Part shown: in pieces, positions 13,870 through 25,080 of the stretch
Numbering within the stretch: the stretch's first letter is position 1
How the letters are laid out: every line of letters starts with the position of its first letter
From: Takakia lepidozioides
Taxonomy: Eukaryota; Plantae; Bryophyta
DNA length: 64,000 nucleotides
Assembly (NCBI GenBank): GCA_030704615.1
Contig: CM060732.1
Coordinates: 32,302,001 to 32,366,000, forward strand
Direction of reading: 5' to 3'
Notes under the pieces: generated by a model
The model's input: the letters and a program-made list of their open reading frames with translations, nothing else
Told to the model about the DNA's origin: nothing
Database searches by the model: none
Made by a program: the position numbers and the translations under genes

Positions 13870-15841
13870 ATGGCCATGATTGATGCCGTGAGATTGAGTG
13901 TAGCAACAGCCGGAGCAGTTTCAACAAGCCTGGGCTGCAAGCTGAACACAGGAAAGCGCAGCAGCTTGGCTGGAAAGGCTACTGCACAATGGAATTTGGG
14001 CTCCTCCTTCCCAGTGTTGCGAACTAAGGCACTGCCGAGGCTGCATCGGTTGACGGTGAAGGCTGCAGGCGAGAGCGTGGAGGTGGGGGTGAAAGAAGCA
14101 GGCCAGAAGGGGGACATTTTGCCTTCAGGGGAGTGGCCCGAGAATTTTTCTTTGCTCAACTTTGAAGATCTGACGAGGCACTATGAGCCCAGTATCTTTA
14201 AGCCCGAGGTTGGTGCAATGCGCCTGTGGCTACGTCCCTGCTGTGATTGCTCTTTGGGGCCTTGAGCTTGCCCTGCGGCTCTCGCCATTTGCTGCAGCTC
14301 TACTTTTAGGAGCATTTAATTTGAATTTTAATGTTGCCACTGCTTTGCAATAGAATCACTGTCTAAGTAGGCGGTCTTATGATGCTCCATGCAAAGCGAT
14401 CACGGTGTTCATGAACGTCGGGTTATGTTAGGAGGTCAGTGCACGAATACTGGCATGTCATAGAGGTCGGGGTCCCCCAATACATGACTTAGTGATGATG
14501 GGGCACTGAGTGCAGGCGCAACCATCCAAACACCTGGCAGATGTGATGTCGAAGACCATTACCACCGCTTATCCTGAGCAATGTTTGGCGGAGGTGGATC
14601 AGTTTTTTGTGAACATTTCAGGCATACCTGTTATTGACAAGGAGCTTAAATGTGTTGGAGTGCTCTCGAAGAAGGATCTGAAGAAGGCTGCAGATTGGGT
14701 ATGGACTCCCTTTTGTTTGGTTGGCTTTGAAGTATGAGATTTGAGCAATCAACCAGCATAGCTTAATTTACCTTCCACAGCACTGTGAATCTTTTTGTAT
14801 CCAAAGCTTGATGGATTGATGACATTCTATCACCTCAAGTGGCTAGCAGATTTGGGCTTTGGATGTTGTGGCATTAGCTTGAGTGTGGACTCTTGTGTGG
14901 TTGCAGCACAACGCAACAGTTCAGGATGTCATGAACTCACCGCCTATCACTCTATCTGCAGAAAAGACTGTCTCTGGTACTTCTTGGTGCCAAAGTTGCT
15001 AGATGTCTTTTTGCAATTGTTAAGGGAGACGTTGTGCAGCTGAGGTCCCCAGTCGAGGAATTGTTTTGCTTTGAAGAATGTGAACCATCTGGCATGCAAG
15101 ACATAGATACTGATTTATCTCTGCTGTTAGAGTCCCAGGCATCCTGTTGATGTGCTCATCTGCATATACCTCGAACCAGCAGAACTATGGATTGACCTCA
15201 AGAACCGTCGTAGTTTTCAAGAGTAATGTGTTGCTTGCATTTTGTAATGTCATGGGCTCGGAAGGTAACCCTGGGACATCTGGGCCCTTCTAATATGGAG
15301 AAATCTCTCATGAGCAGATGCTGCAGTTCTGATGCTCAAGAATAAGATTCATCGCATACCCATTGTGAATGAGTTCAATCAAGTTGTGGGTGCGCACCTG
15401 AATCCCATACTTCAGTTCCATTGCTGCTTTTGTAGAGCTTCTTATCATTGCCCCCTGGCCATTCAAAGTTGATTGAATGATTGGATTCCCCAGTCAGACA
15501 CAGTGTATCTTCAGTGTCAAATGAGGGTCGAGTACTCCCTACATTCTAGAGATCGGAGGAGTTGGCCCTGGATAAAGATACTAAACCAGGAAACAGACTT
15601 TTTACTCTAGCTTCTGATGTCGTCTTTACCTTTTTTAGATCTAAACAGAATTTGTTTTTGGCTAGATATTGGACTGTAGATTCTATCTGTATGCTTTCAT
15701 GTTTTTCACTCAGACTCAGCGGGCCTCTTGAATTCATTTCAGAACTGCAGATGCTAATATTGTAAGTCTCATGATTTTTTTTACGCGCCAGGTATTGTCA
15801 CAAGAACAGACATCTTTACAGCCCTGGAGGAAGGCGTGTAA
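13870..15841 (+). CDS. CBS-domain (tandem CBS pair, CBSX-like) protein with probable plastid transit peptide; 5 exons
   Basis: Exons 13870-14208, 14516-14698, 14907-14976, 15318-15389, 15792-15841, all GT-AG and in frame; ADVMSKTITT..ISGIPVID..VGVLSKKD and VQDVMNSPPIT..KIHRIPIVN..VVGIVTRTDIF; Ser/Ala/Arg-rich N-terminus. Confidence 0.92.
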
Positions 15842-16044
15842 TCATGAAGAGAGTAATGCTTTGTAAAAAGTGTTGTAGAGTACACTTGCTGTCCATATGC
15901 ATGTTGAGCTCCATAGTTGTACCTATTCTTGAGGGATTGCTGCTGCCTTCAGGATAGAGAAGGCTGGTGAAAATTTGGTCATGCCTCGGTGACTGGTGTG
16001 GGAGACATGGACAGCAGAGCAGCAGAAGGGAATCCATACCCCAA

Positions 16045-16356
16045 GAAATTTGTCGAAATTACCATAGCGTTTGCCAGTAGATTGACAGTTTTTGTTGCCA
16101 TGAATAACTGTGTTCGTCAGCTCTCTCATTTAGTGAATAAACAGGCAGAGCTTGGCTGCTGTTGGAGTGGATTTGAAGGTCTAAATCACCTTTGATCAAC
16201 TCAAGCCTTTCACCACATGTTGTAGTTTTATGACCATCCAGCAACAGGCAGAATGCTTTCGAGCTTGAAAAGTTATGAGGAAAATCTTATCATCACTGTG
16301 TTGTCATGCCAATGGAATCTTTGAGCTGCAATGTAACAGATCTTGGTAAATGCACT
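16045..16356. repeat. Dispersed ~300-bp repeat, copy 1 (inverted relative to 24270-24575)
   Basis: For example ATCTTTGAGCTGCAATGTAACA and GAAAAGTTATGAGGAAAA here are reverse complements of sequence at 24290-24358. Confidence 0.85.
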
Positions 16357-17089
16357 ACACTGTTATGTGCTGGCAAAAGCCTATTTTCTTTCTGAAGAAC
16401 ACTTCTTCTTCTCCGAGATCCGTGGGAGATTCCACTGTCTATTCCCCGGAACCCAATCTCTCAGTGAAGTCTTCCACTATGAGGATCAGAAATGCTTGGC
16501 AGCTTACCTGCACAAGGCCTTCAGACAATCACTCGAGCAATAGTTTGTATTTCTGGCTCTGGTTTTGTTTCCTCTCTCATGTTTTCTTCCATTTTGTCCC
16601 ATAAGCTCTATGAGCTTTCCGCTGACGTTATAAAGCACCATTTCATTTCATATATCATTATGATCCCTTCCCTTCAACTTGCCCCAGCTTCGAGACTACA
16701 TACAACTAATACGCATGCAAGAAAGTCTGTCAATTGAACCCAACAATGTAAGCATTGTGAGAGAAGGACAAGCAGCAACTTGATCAACAGTGTTCCAAAA
16801 AGAAGACCAAACTCCACCAAGCTACAGTTTTTACATATCACTTCACTTTCTGGAACACTGTTACGTATTCAGCTCAGTTCTTGTAAGCATTCAATCCGCC
16901 CACATCTGTCTCTCTCGTCTCGCTCGACAGTAATCGATCTGAATTCTGAAGCCCACCTCGTAATCTAAGCACCATCAAAGCCCGATTCACATTCTGCGTG
17001 TTCCTTTGTGGAGATCTCGAGACTGGAACTGTTTGTATGGAATTGACAACAAGACGGACACGTGTATGGTCGGCTAGGGTTCGACAGGA

Positions 17090-17097
17090 TAGGGTTT
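17090..17097 (-). promoter_or_regulatory. Telo-box (AAACCCTA) in the probable 5'-UTR intron of eIF5
   Basis: TAGGGTTT at 17090-17097; telo-boxes are typical of plant translation-machinery genes. Short motif, could be chance. Confidence 0.4.
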
Positions 17098-17326
17098 GGT
17101 CCGATCATCTCTCTCTCTCTCACATCAGACTCTTTTCTCTTATCGAGGGCTCGGCATATCCTTCAGATTTCTGCTCTCGTCATAGCTCTATGGTGCATGC
17201 ATTCGCTTGACTTGCAGGTGATAGCAGATCGGTGGCGGCAACTGGTGCAGAAGTGTGGTTTGAGAGAGCGGGAGAGATAAGAGTGTGGCATCAGAAGCGG
17301 AGCTCAAGGTGGCGGCACACTCTTTT

Positions 17327-17494
17327 ATGTCTGAAGCCGATTGCTTCTATCTGGGGTCGGTTGGGCTTTTGGGAGAGTATTGTCCCACCACCAGAAAGAG
17401 ATATAAACAGCAGCCGCCGCCTAAGGTTCCTCTGGGAGGAAGGCTGCATGCAGCCGAGGCGGAGGGGTTACTTGCATCTCTAAGATCGTCTTAG
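17327..17494 (+). CDS. 55-aa upstream ORF of eIF5 with poor-context AUG
   Basis: ATG in context TCTTTTATGT (T at -3 and +4); MSEADCFYLGSVGLLGEYCPTTRK...LRSS*; stop lies 10 nt before the eIF5 ATG. Confidence 0.75.
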   Translation: MSEADCFYLGSVGLLGEYCPTTRKRYKQQPPPKVPLGGRLHAAEAEGLLASLRSS

Positions 17495-17504
17495 TGCTGA
17501 GAAG

Positions 17505-18899
17505 ATGGCGCTCCAGAATATTGGAGCTGGCAATCGAGATGATGCCTCCTACCGGTACAAGATGCCGCGGCTTGTGACCAAGATTGAGGGGCGGGGTAAT
17601 GGAATCAAGACCAACGTGGTGAATATGGTGGAGGTTGCAAAAGCTCTCGCCAGGCATCCATCGTACACGACGAAGTACTTCGGATGCGAACTTGGTGCGC
17701 AGTCCAAGTTTGACGAGAAGACAGGAACGTCTATCGTAAATGGTGCACATGATACCACCAAGCTCGCTGCTCTACTCGAAAACTTCATCAAAAAGTATGT
17801 GCAGTGTTATGGATGCGGCAACCCTGAGACCGAGGTTGTCATCACCAAAACTCAGCTTATTACCCTCAAGTGTGCTGCATGTGGGTTTTTGTCCGATGTC
17901 GACATGCGAGACAAACTTACCACATTCATATTGAAAAATCCCCCTGAGCAGAAGAAAGGAGGGAAGAAGGACAAGGCTTTGAGGAGGGCTGAAAAAGAGC
18001 GCCTGAAAGAAGGGGAAGTTGCTGACGAAGAAATGAAGAAACTGAAGAAGGAGACGAAGAAGAAGAAGGGGGCCGATGATGATAAGAAGGTGGTTAAGAA
18101 GAAGTCTGGATCTGACGATGAGGAGTTGTCACCTCCTGTAAGTCAGGCAGACGAAGAGGAGGATGTGGCAGATGTCGAATGGCAGACAGACACATCAGCA
18201 GAAGCAGCACAGCGTCGGATCCTTGAGCAGCTCACCGCAGCAACGAGTGAAATGGTAATGCTCGGCAACGACGGCACGGGTACGACTGAGGTTTCACCGA
18301 GAGTGAGGACTCCCAAGGAAAACAAGCCAAAAGTTTTGAAGAAGGTGCTTTCCAACAAGAAAGGGGAGGTCCTTGAAAATGATGTCAAAGATATTGAGCT
18401 TCCGAAGATTGTTGAGCTCAGCCCTCACGAGAAGCTCGTGAAGGATTTCCAAGAATGCTTGCAAAAGGGGTTTACTCCCTCTCAACTTGCATCGCACATT
18501 CAGAGCAAGGGAGAGCCTCAGCAAGAGGTCATGGATGCCTACTTCCAGGCACTGTTTGAAGGCCTTACAAAGGGGCTCTCAAAGGAAGTGGGCTTGAAAA
18601 AGCTTTATTTGGCCAATGTGGTGTCGGATGAGGCCTCTCAAGAGGCGCTCCTTGGTGCTATTGAAGCCTTCTGCTCTTCTCTTCCACCGGACGCAGGGAA
18701 GGAGATTGCTGTCCTTCTCAAGATCCTCTATGACGAGGATATCTTGGAGGAGGAAGATATATTGCAATGGTTTGATAAAGGAGGTTCTGCCACCAATGGT
18801 AATGGTGTGGGGAGCACGGCCGCCCAAGTGAGGACGTGTGCACGACCATTTGTTGACTGGCTGCGCAGTGCCGAGGCAGAATCAGAGGAGGATGAGTGA
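17505..18899 (+). CDS. eIF5: Eukaryotic translation initiation factor 5, intronless CDS
   Basis: MALQNIG..YRYKMPRL..KIEGRGNGIKT, TKYFGCELGAQ, zinc ribbon CYGCGNPET..CAACG, VEWQTDTS, W2 domain LYDEDILEEE..PFVDWL..AEAESEEDE. Confidence 0.98.
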   Translation: MALQNIGAGNRDDASYRYKMPRLVTKIEGRGNGIKTNVVNMVEVAKALARHPSYTTKYFGCELGAQSKFDEKTGTSIVNGAHDTTKLAALLENFIKKYVQCYGCGNPETEVVITKTQLITLKCAACGFLSDVDMRDKLTTFILKNPPEQKKGGKKDKALRRAEKERLKEGEVADEEMKKLKKETKKKKGADDDKKVVKKKSGSDDEELSPPVSQADEEEDVADVEWQTDTSAEAAQRRILEQLTAATSEMVMLGNDGTGTTEVSPRVRTPKENKPKVLKKVLSNKKGEVLENDVKDIELPKIVELSPHEKLVKDFQECLQKGFTPSQLASHIQSKGEPQQEVMDAYFQALFEGLTKGLSKEVGLKKLYLANVVSDEASQEALLGAIEAFCSSLPPDAGKEIAVLLKILYDEDILEEEDILQWFDKGGSATNGNGVGSTAAQVRTCARPFVDWLRSAEAESEEDE

Positions 18900-20814
18900 C
18901 CCATCTACTTTGTTTGTTCAGATTGCTGCTGGCAATGTACAAGTCATATCCATATACCTCGGCATACAGGCCACAGGGCCCATGTACACCTCCACACATT
19001 CTGTGTGTCGGACTCTCTTCGACTACCAGCTATGAAATGTCTGATCAAACTTCCTCTTTTCTTAGATGCTTAATAAGCTGAGCTCAACTCTGGTTGGTTA
19101 AAAGTTTAGTGGAGCACAAGTGGATCAATGTACGCCGCTCCTGTACATTTGTATTAGGAGTTGCTTTCTAAGGCAGAAAAAGGTTTCGGTACTCCCTACA
19201 CACAGAATGGGACCTGAGGTTCTGCACAGACTTCCTGGACTGATAGCTGGAACTTGAAATTAGGTTGGTATAGTAGCAATGATCCAAGGATAACTTAGTG
19301 AAAAGTGATTGCATCCTTTGTGAGAGTCATACCAATTATTCTCCCTTTTCTTCTTGCAGCCCCTTGATTTGAATTTCTGTCTTCTCTCTCCTGGGGCTGG
19401 AGTCTATCTACGGGTACCCTGTGCCTGAATAACCTTGTACTGTTCTCAATGTTAAAACATAGATCAACACTCTGCTCCAATGTTTTATTGCCGGCCATTG
19501 CTTGAATGCAATGCCAGTTCGAGGTTGAAGGTCATAAACCCTGGTGGGCAGAACCCTACTAGTATCCCGTTGTGGCTAGTTTAACATGTTGGTCTCATGG
19601 AATTGCCAATTAGTGGTCTCTCTCTCCTCACCAATCAGTTCTCAAGTGCTTTCTTGTCAGCAATGGGCCCCTATGTTGGTTCAAGTTTGCGTGTGTGTCT
19701 GTCTCTCCTCTTGCTCAAGTAATTCAGTGAGTATAGTAGCATTTCAGAAAACATTGATACTTGTTTGTGGCAAGTCTTACTGAAAACAGCTGAGGCGAGT
19801 TTTAGCAAGGTCTCTTAACTTGAAAATAACCAAGAGATCCAAATTTCGGACTGATAAAAACCATGTCTTTGATTACTCTTTGGGTATCCTGGAGTCAGGC
19901 TTGAAATGCCAGAGGAGCACAAGGACATGTGGGCTGCAAGGTCTGAATTTGAATGTGGCAAACTATCTGCAATCCAGTTGGCAGCCAAGTTGTTGAGAGT
20001 TTTTGCCCTACTTGTGCATAACCAGGCTGATTGTGGGTTCAATCGTTCAATCAATCAAACCTTGTAACTTCAACATTGCCAAGTCTAAGCCCATTTCAAC
20101 ATTTGTTACACAAATGAGTGGGGGATGATGATCATCCTTGCACTCAAGTCCGAGGAGAGCAATTTGATAGAGATGGTTGGTTGCTGCCAGAATTGGTACT
20201 CCTTGTGACTATTTGAAGGCTGCACTGTGGTGATGAGATATCCCATTCAGGGCCATTGCAGGATCTATCCTCACCTTTGACCCCAATAAATTTCGGTTGT
20301 CTTCATCTCCATAACCTGGGCTCTCTTCATGACAGCTTTGAGAATTGACTTTGACCATATTATATTCCATGCACTAGACTCAGTCTACAACAATACTTTG
20401 CAGGAGCTTAACACACTGGAGGCGAGAACCGCTTCTTCATGTGCTTGATTTTTGCAGAGTTCTGAACGACTACCTAGAGGGTCAGCTGATAATTAACGTA
20501 TTCACACAATGCACATTATCTTCATGTAGGGTCAAAGGAAAAAATGATGTTGTGCCCCTGGACATGCCGGAAGCCGAATGTCTGCCACTTCGTTGGCAGC
20601 CAGGAATATAAAGGCTCTGGACCACACAACACAGGCAATGGCCTTGGCTGGGGCTCTGGTGGATGGTCAGGGAGGCTGCATGCAGGTCTCATAACAAAAG
20701 GTGGCCCTCAAACAAAGACTGAATTAAGGAAGGAGAAGTATCCATTCAAGCTTCAAAGTCGTTTGAACAATGCAAGTATACACGTCTCACGAGGAAAGCA
20801 CCATCCAAAGTGAT

Positions 20815-23520
20815 TTATCCCTCAATAACTTCAGCACCCTCTAAGCGCCGGGGTCTTCTCTCTGCCCTAGACAAGGTGGGTTGAGAGTCATTTCCACTAG
20901 CACCTGAGCTGGTGGAGCTCTCAGGGGACTCAGGCTCCTTTTCTTTTGCTAATGCCTCATGCTTTGCCTTTTCCTGATTTGCTTGCTGCCGAAGTGCTTC
21001 CAACCTGCTTACCATGCCACGAAAAAATTAAGAAGAATCTTCCAAACATGAATTTTCTTGGCTAGGGATCTCATTGATCCAGACACCTCCACAGAGAATA
21101 ACATTCAACTTCAACTTCTTTAGTTCTGTTTTAATACTGTAGCACGTAAACCTAAAACCATCCCCATAGAAGAATATCATATTAATGTATGATTACAATC
21201 TTATGGTGAAGATGTCTCAAATATCCTAGTGCCAAAGGTTCTCAAGTGAAAGAGGGTTAAAAAGTTGAACATCTAGAAGTGAGTTCTTACCAACTTAAAG
21301 GTTGTTGGTAGCCTCAACCCTTACCAGTGTTAAGCATGGGGAATCACCCCATTTGTAAAGGATAATTGTACCCATCAGAAATAAGACGATTCTAGACAAA
21401 AAAAAAAAAACTTTGCCAGAAGTTGGGCATGTTTGAGAAACCCTCTCTAGGCTTATAGTCAAAAACAGTAACTCAGCCAAACCCTAGTTTCACAAGCAAA
21501 ACCTCAGCCATGGAAAGCAGACAAAACCAGAAAGAGAAGAAAGCCTAGCCATAGCCCAAGAACAAAAGGCTAAAACGAGCCCACAGGACGGGGTTGATCT
21601 TACTTGGCAGTCGGAGAATCATCAGCAAAGGGGCGTTTCAATTTAGGGTTCTGGCTTGCATCCTTCTTCAGCACATATATAGCAAAGAGGGCATGATCGT
21701 ACAATGTGATTGGCTGTGTCACTGCATCATGCAGAACACGGGCTCAGTCAAGAGGCAATGTGAGAATCCCAAGCCCATCACAAAAGAAATGACACAGCAT
21801 CACTCAGCCATTGCCTGAGTTTCAAAGGAGCAATGACATAGAGAAACCAAACTACTGGAAACAGGTGCAAATCTCCTGATGCTAATGAGAAATTTTCACA
21901 TCACTATCGCCAGAAAAGTGGCTTATGTACAAAATGGAACGATTCCTAAGAAATCTGTCCGACTGGCTCAAGAAGAAGATTTTATACGTCACATAATAAC
22001 AATGAATTGGCCACGCAAGCATACCCATTTGAAGGAGAAGGGCTGGCACTACCGCCATGTAGGCATGAATAGCCACTGTCATAACAGCTCCCTGCACATG
22101 CATCATTCATCCCATTCCTTTCTCAGGTTCTCAGTGCACCTAGTTAATGCTGCACGAGCCCTCGAGTAACTCTTTCCTATCCAAACATACTTTGTTACAT
22201 CTTTAGTGCTCCGACTTCTCTCTGTGTCTCACTCTCCTCAAAATCCCTTCTACACATGACAGGGCTACAGATAGCTATGGACATGCTCTAATGAGATTCC
22301 GACTTAGCTAGCATGTTCTGAGGGGAATTTCAGAAGAGAAAGATAGAACCAGGCCAGAGCTTCACCACAGAGAAGCTCTTGAGAAGCTTCTTCAGCTCAG
22401 ACATATCGTAGTCCTTGAACGTCATTTCAGTGTCTTCTGCTGGCTCGCTGCATGCCACCCAGTAGTGTTAGGCGAAAACTCTCAACATTAGCGTACCGTA
22501 TTTTTGTAAGGTAAAGTGAGGAGGAATCATAACGTGGAATTGCATAATCCACCACATAAGCTGAAGTTCCAGCACTCTAAATTTCATGCACTCTATACTT
22601 GAAAGAACAAATGAAACTCAAATCTTCCCATCTGGAACCCTAAGCTTATCCTAAACAAAACAAGCTTTCTCCTGGCATTAAAAACCTAAGGTTGGTTAGT
22701 GGCTGAAGACAATATGACATTCACAATAGTAAGACGTAATGCGCATGTGCCATTGTGGGAGGAAGATTGGTCCCAACTCTTTGACAACGGTATTTGCCAA
22801 ATATGCAAGGAGATACTAGGCCCTGATTAATGGTCGGTACTTAGAATGGCTCTTACTCTCTAGTGATAGTCAAGTGTGATAGGGAGAAAAGGGATTCAAA
22901 ACGCAACACAATTTGAGTTGACATTAATGCATACCAAATGGACCACCAAAAACGATGGCCAAAAACTCCTAAAAACAAGCACAAGACTTTATAGGGTTCA
23001 TTTTCAGGCTACTGACTGAAATTGATCCCTGGAGCAAAGGCAATCTGGGCAGGGTGAGACTGTCTTTCTTCGCATTGATCACGATTGAAAAAGGACAATT
23101 GACCCTGTCTAACTTGCAGTAGTTGTACATCTGATGTACTTGGACATTTAGATAAGAAAATCTGAGTCCTCTGTGAGTCATATGAACATCCCACCTGCAC
23201 CGCGAAGCGTAGTGCTTGTGCTTCACGGCGTAGGGTTTCAGAGACGACAAAATAGACAAATGTAAGAGGTGCAAGGAAAAACAAGGTAGGAGATGCATAC
23301 GTTCCAGCAGGGCTCGGTGTCTTCACTTTCAACGACTTCTTCTCATCGCCGTGTTTAGAAATACTGAGTGCAATATAGCCCAAAGCAGAGAACAGTGCAA
23401 TCTGTGAAATGCCATAAAATATACGGATCAAGAGAAGGTTGTCGGGCCGGTCGTAGTCGATCTTCAGTACCTTCATCCCCAACAATAGGGCGGGACCGAC
23501 CAGCATCTTCCATGGAAACA

Positions 23521-23524
<4 letters not shown>
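20815..23524 (-). CDS. Pho88/SND3-like ER membrane protein; 5 exons
   Basis: Exon peptides KIDYDRPDNLLLIRIFYGISQ..LKVKTP (~23300-23524), EMTFKDYDMSELKKLL (~22365-22450), GAVMTVAIHAYMAVVPALLLQ (~22030-22092), QPITLYDHALFAIYVL..KLKRPF (~21604-21725), final exon 20815-21004; the motif order matches Pho88 (YD..L / H..LL.Q / L.RPF). Confidence 0.75.

Positions 23525-23571
<47 letters not shown>
23525..23571. repeat. (TC/GA)n microsatellite abutting the start codon of the Pho88-like gene
   Basis: About 23 perfect TC units immediately 5' of the minus-strand ATG. Confidence 0.95.
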
Positions 23572-23575
<4 letters not shown>

Positions 23576-23876
23576 TAAACCTTCCTACTCCCTACCTCCC
23601 TCCACTCTCCTAACCAGAAAAACCCCAACAAAAATACTAAAATACCTTCCTTGGATCTCTGCCCTCTCAAGATATCTGCCAGAAGCACGGTGCATCTAGT
23701 GAAGACCAGAAACAGGAACCTTCCTTCCTTCTTCCTCCCTTCTCTCCTTCAGCAGCCTCCAGTTTTCTGACTTGACAGGTGAATTCCGGAAGATAAAGTA
23801 AAACCTAATCGCCAATCATGCGACTACTATAGAAATATCGAAGCGGATTAAATTGAACAAAAGCATAAAACTGAAG

Positions 23877-23949
23877 TAGTCCCGACGGGTTTCGAACCCG
23901 TGACCTTTCGCGTGTAAAGCGAACGTGATAACCACTACACTACGGAACC
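23877..23949 (-). tRNA. tRNA-Val (anticodon TAC)
   Basis: GGTTCCGTAGTGTAGTGGTTATCACGTTCGCTTTACACGCGAAAGGTCACGGGTTCGAAACCCGTCGGGACTA: 73 nt, cloverleaf stems pair, A and B boxes present, oligo-T Pol III terminator just downstream. Confidence 0.96.
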
Positions 23950-24269
23950 CGTGCTTGCAGGGAATTATTCTTTGAGCTATCTATAATCTAAACAAACTCG
24001 ATTGATCCCTTCAACACTTCCCATATGTCAACCCAAAATCAACCCCAGAGTGCTAAGGATATTGCGGCACGGTACGTTGAGCTTTTCTTCAGCACATCTG
24101 TTTATCTCTTCTCTGAGACATTTATGTTCGTGATGGAATTCTGTAACGTTCCAACTTCCACAGGTTCCTTCCAGCGTTTTTCTGGCTGAATTACTAACTC
24201 TTGTCAACGAGGAGCCTTTGAGGCAGTTTGTTGACTCCAAGTCGAGCAAGCGGTGATTTTTGAAGTGAG

Positions 24270-24575
24270 ATGATGCATTTACCAAGATGTGTTACATTGC
24301 AGCTCAAAGATTCCGTCGACAACACATTGATGATACAGTTTTCCTCATAACTTTTCAAGCTCAAACCATTCTCCCTGTTGCTGGATGGTTATAGGACTTC
24401 AACATATGGTGAAAAACTTGAATTGATCAAAGGTGATTAAGACCTTTGAATCCATTCCAACAAGCAGCCATGTGAGTTTCTACCTGTTTATGCATTAAAA
24501 GAGAGCTGAGGAACATAGTTATTTCCTGGCCAAAAAAACTGTCAATGTAATGGTAAAGCATATGGTAATTTCAAT
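24270..24575. repeat. Dispersed ~300-bp repeat, copy 2 (inverted relative to 16045-16356)
   Basis: Reverse-complement similarity to 16045-16356 along its length, diverged with indels. Confidence 0.85.
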
Positions 24576-25080
24576 ATACATATATGTATATTACTGTGTA
24601 GATTGGGATGAAGGGAAGGGAGAGGAATGTACAACAATCAACAGAGCATAGAGCCATCAAAGGCACACCCATGGTGAGTTTTCATTTTTCAGATAGTTGA
24701 AACCTGCAACAAGAGCTGCATGTATTCATGCAATGCCTAGGAAGGGAAACAAACACAATTGACAGTACAGCAATGCTGAAAAGACTCACTCAAAAGTTCC
24801 TAAGTGCAGACTCATGCACTGTATAACATTTCGGGGCTCCATCTTTTGTTCTCTGTGGATTGTGGAGCATGTATAAATCTAATTGCAAAGCAACAACCAC
24901 ATTGTTTCATAGCTACAAAGCAAACATATACGTGTGCCTCAGTATATGTGCAGACAGAAATCATGCCGCAAACAGCTGGGACTTGGTGCCCAAGAGATCA
25001 TTGGCAATGACATAGAATGCAGCGGTGAGATCTATGGATGGTATGGATTAGTGTTCAATAATCCATACGAGACGCTGCAT

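Noticed and set aside
17544-17552. eIF5 DDASY in place of the usual DDAFY (TCC vs TTC), suggestive of C-to-U editing
   Set aside because: Plant C-to-U editing is organellar; a single substitution or base error is simpler.
17421-18999. Several antisense/overlapping ORFs over eIF5 (and similar ones over pol and the LINE)
   Set aside because: Shadow ORFs of real coding sequence with no independent motifs.
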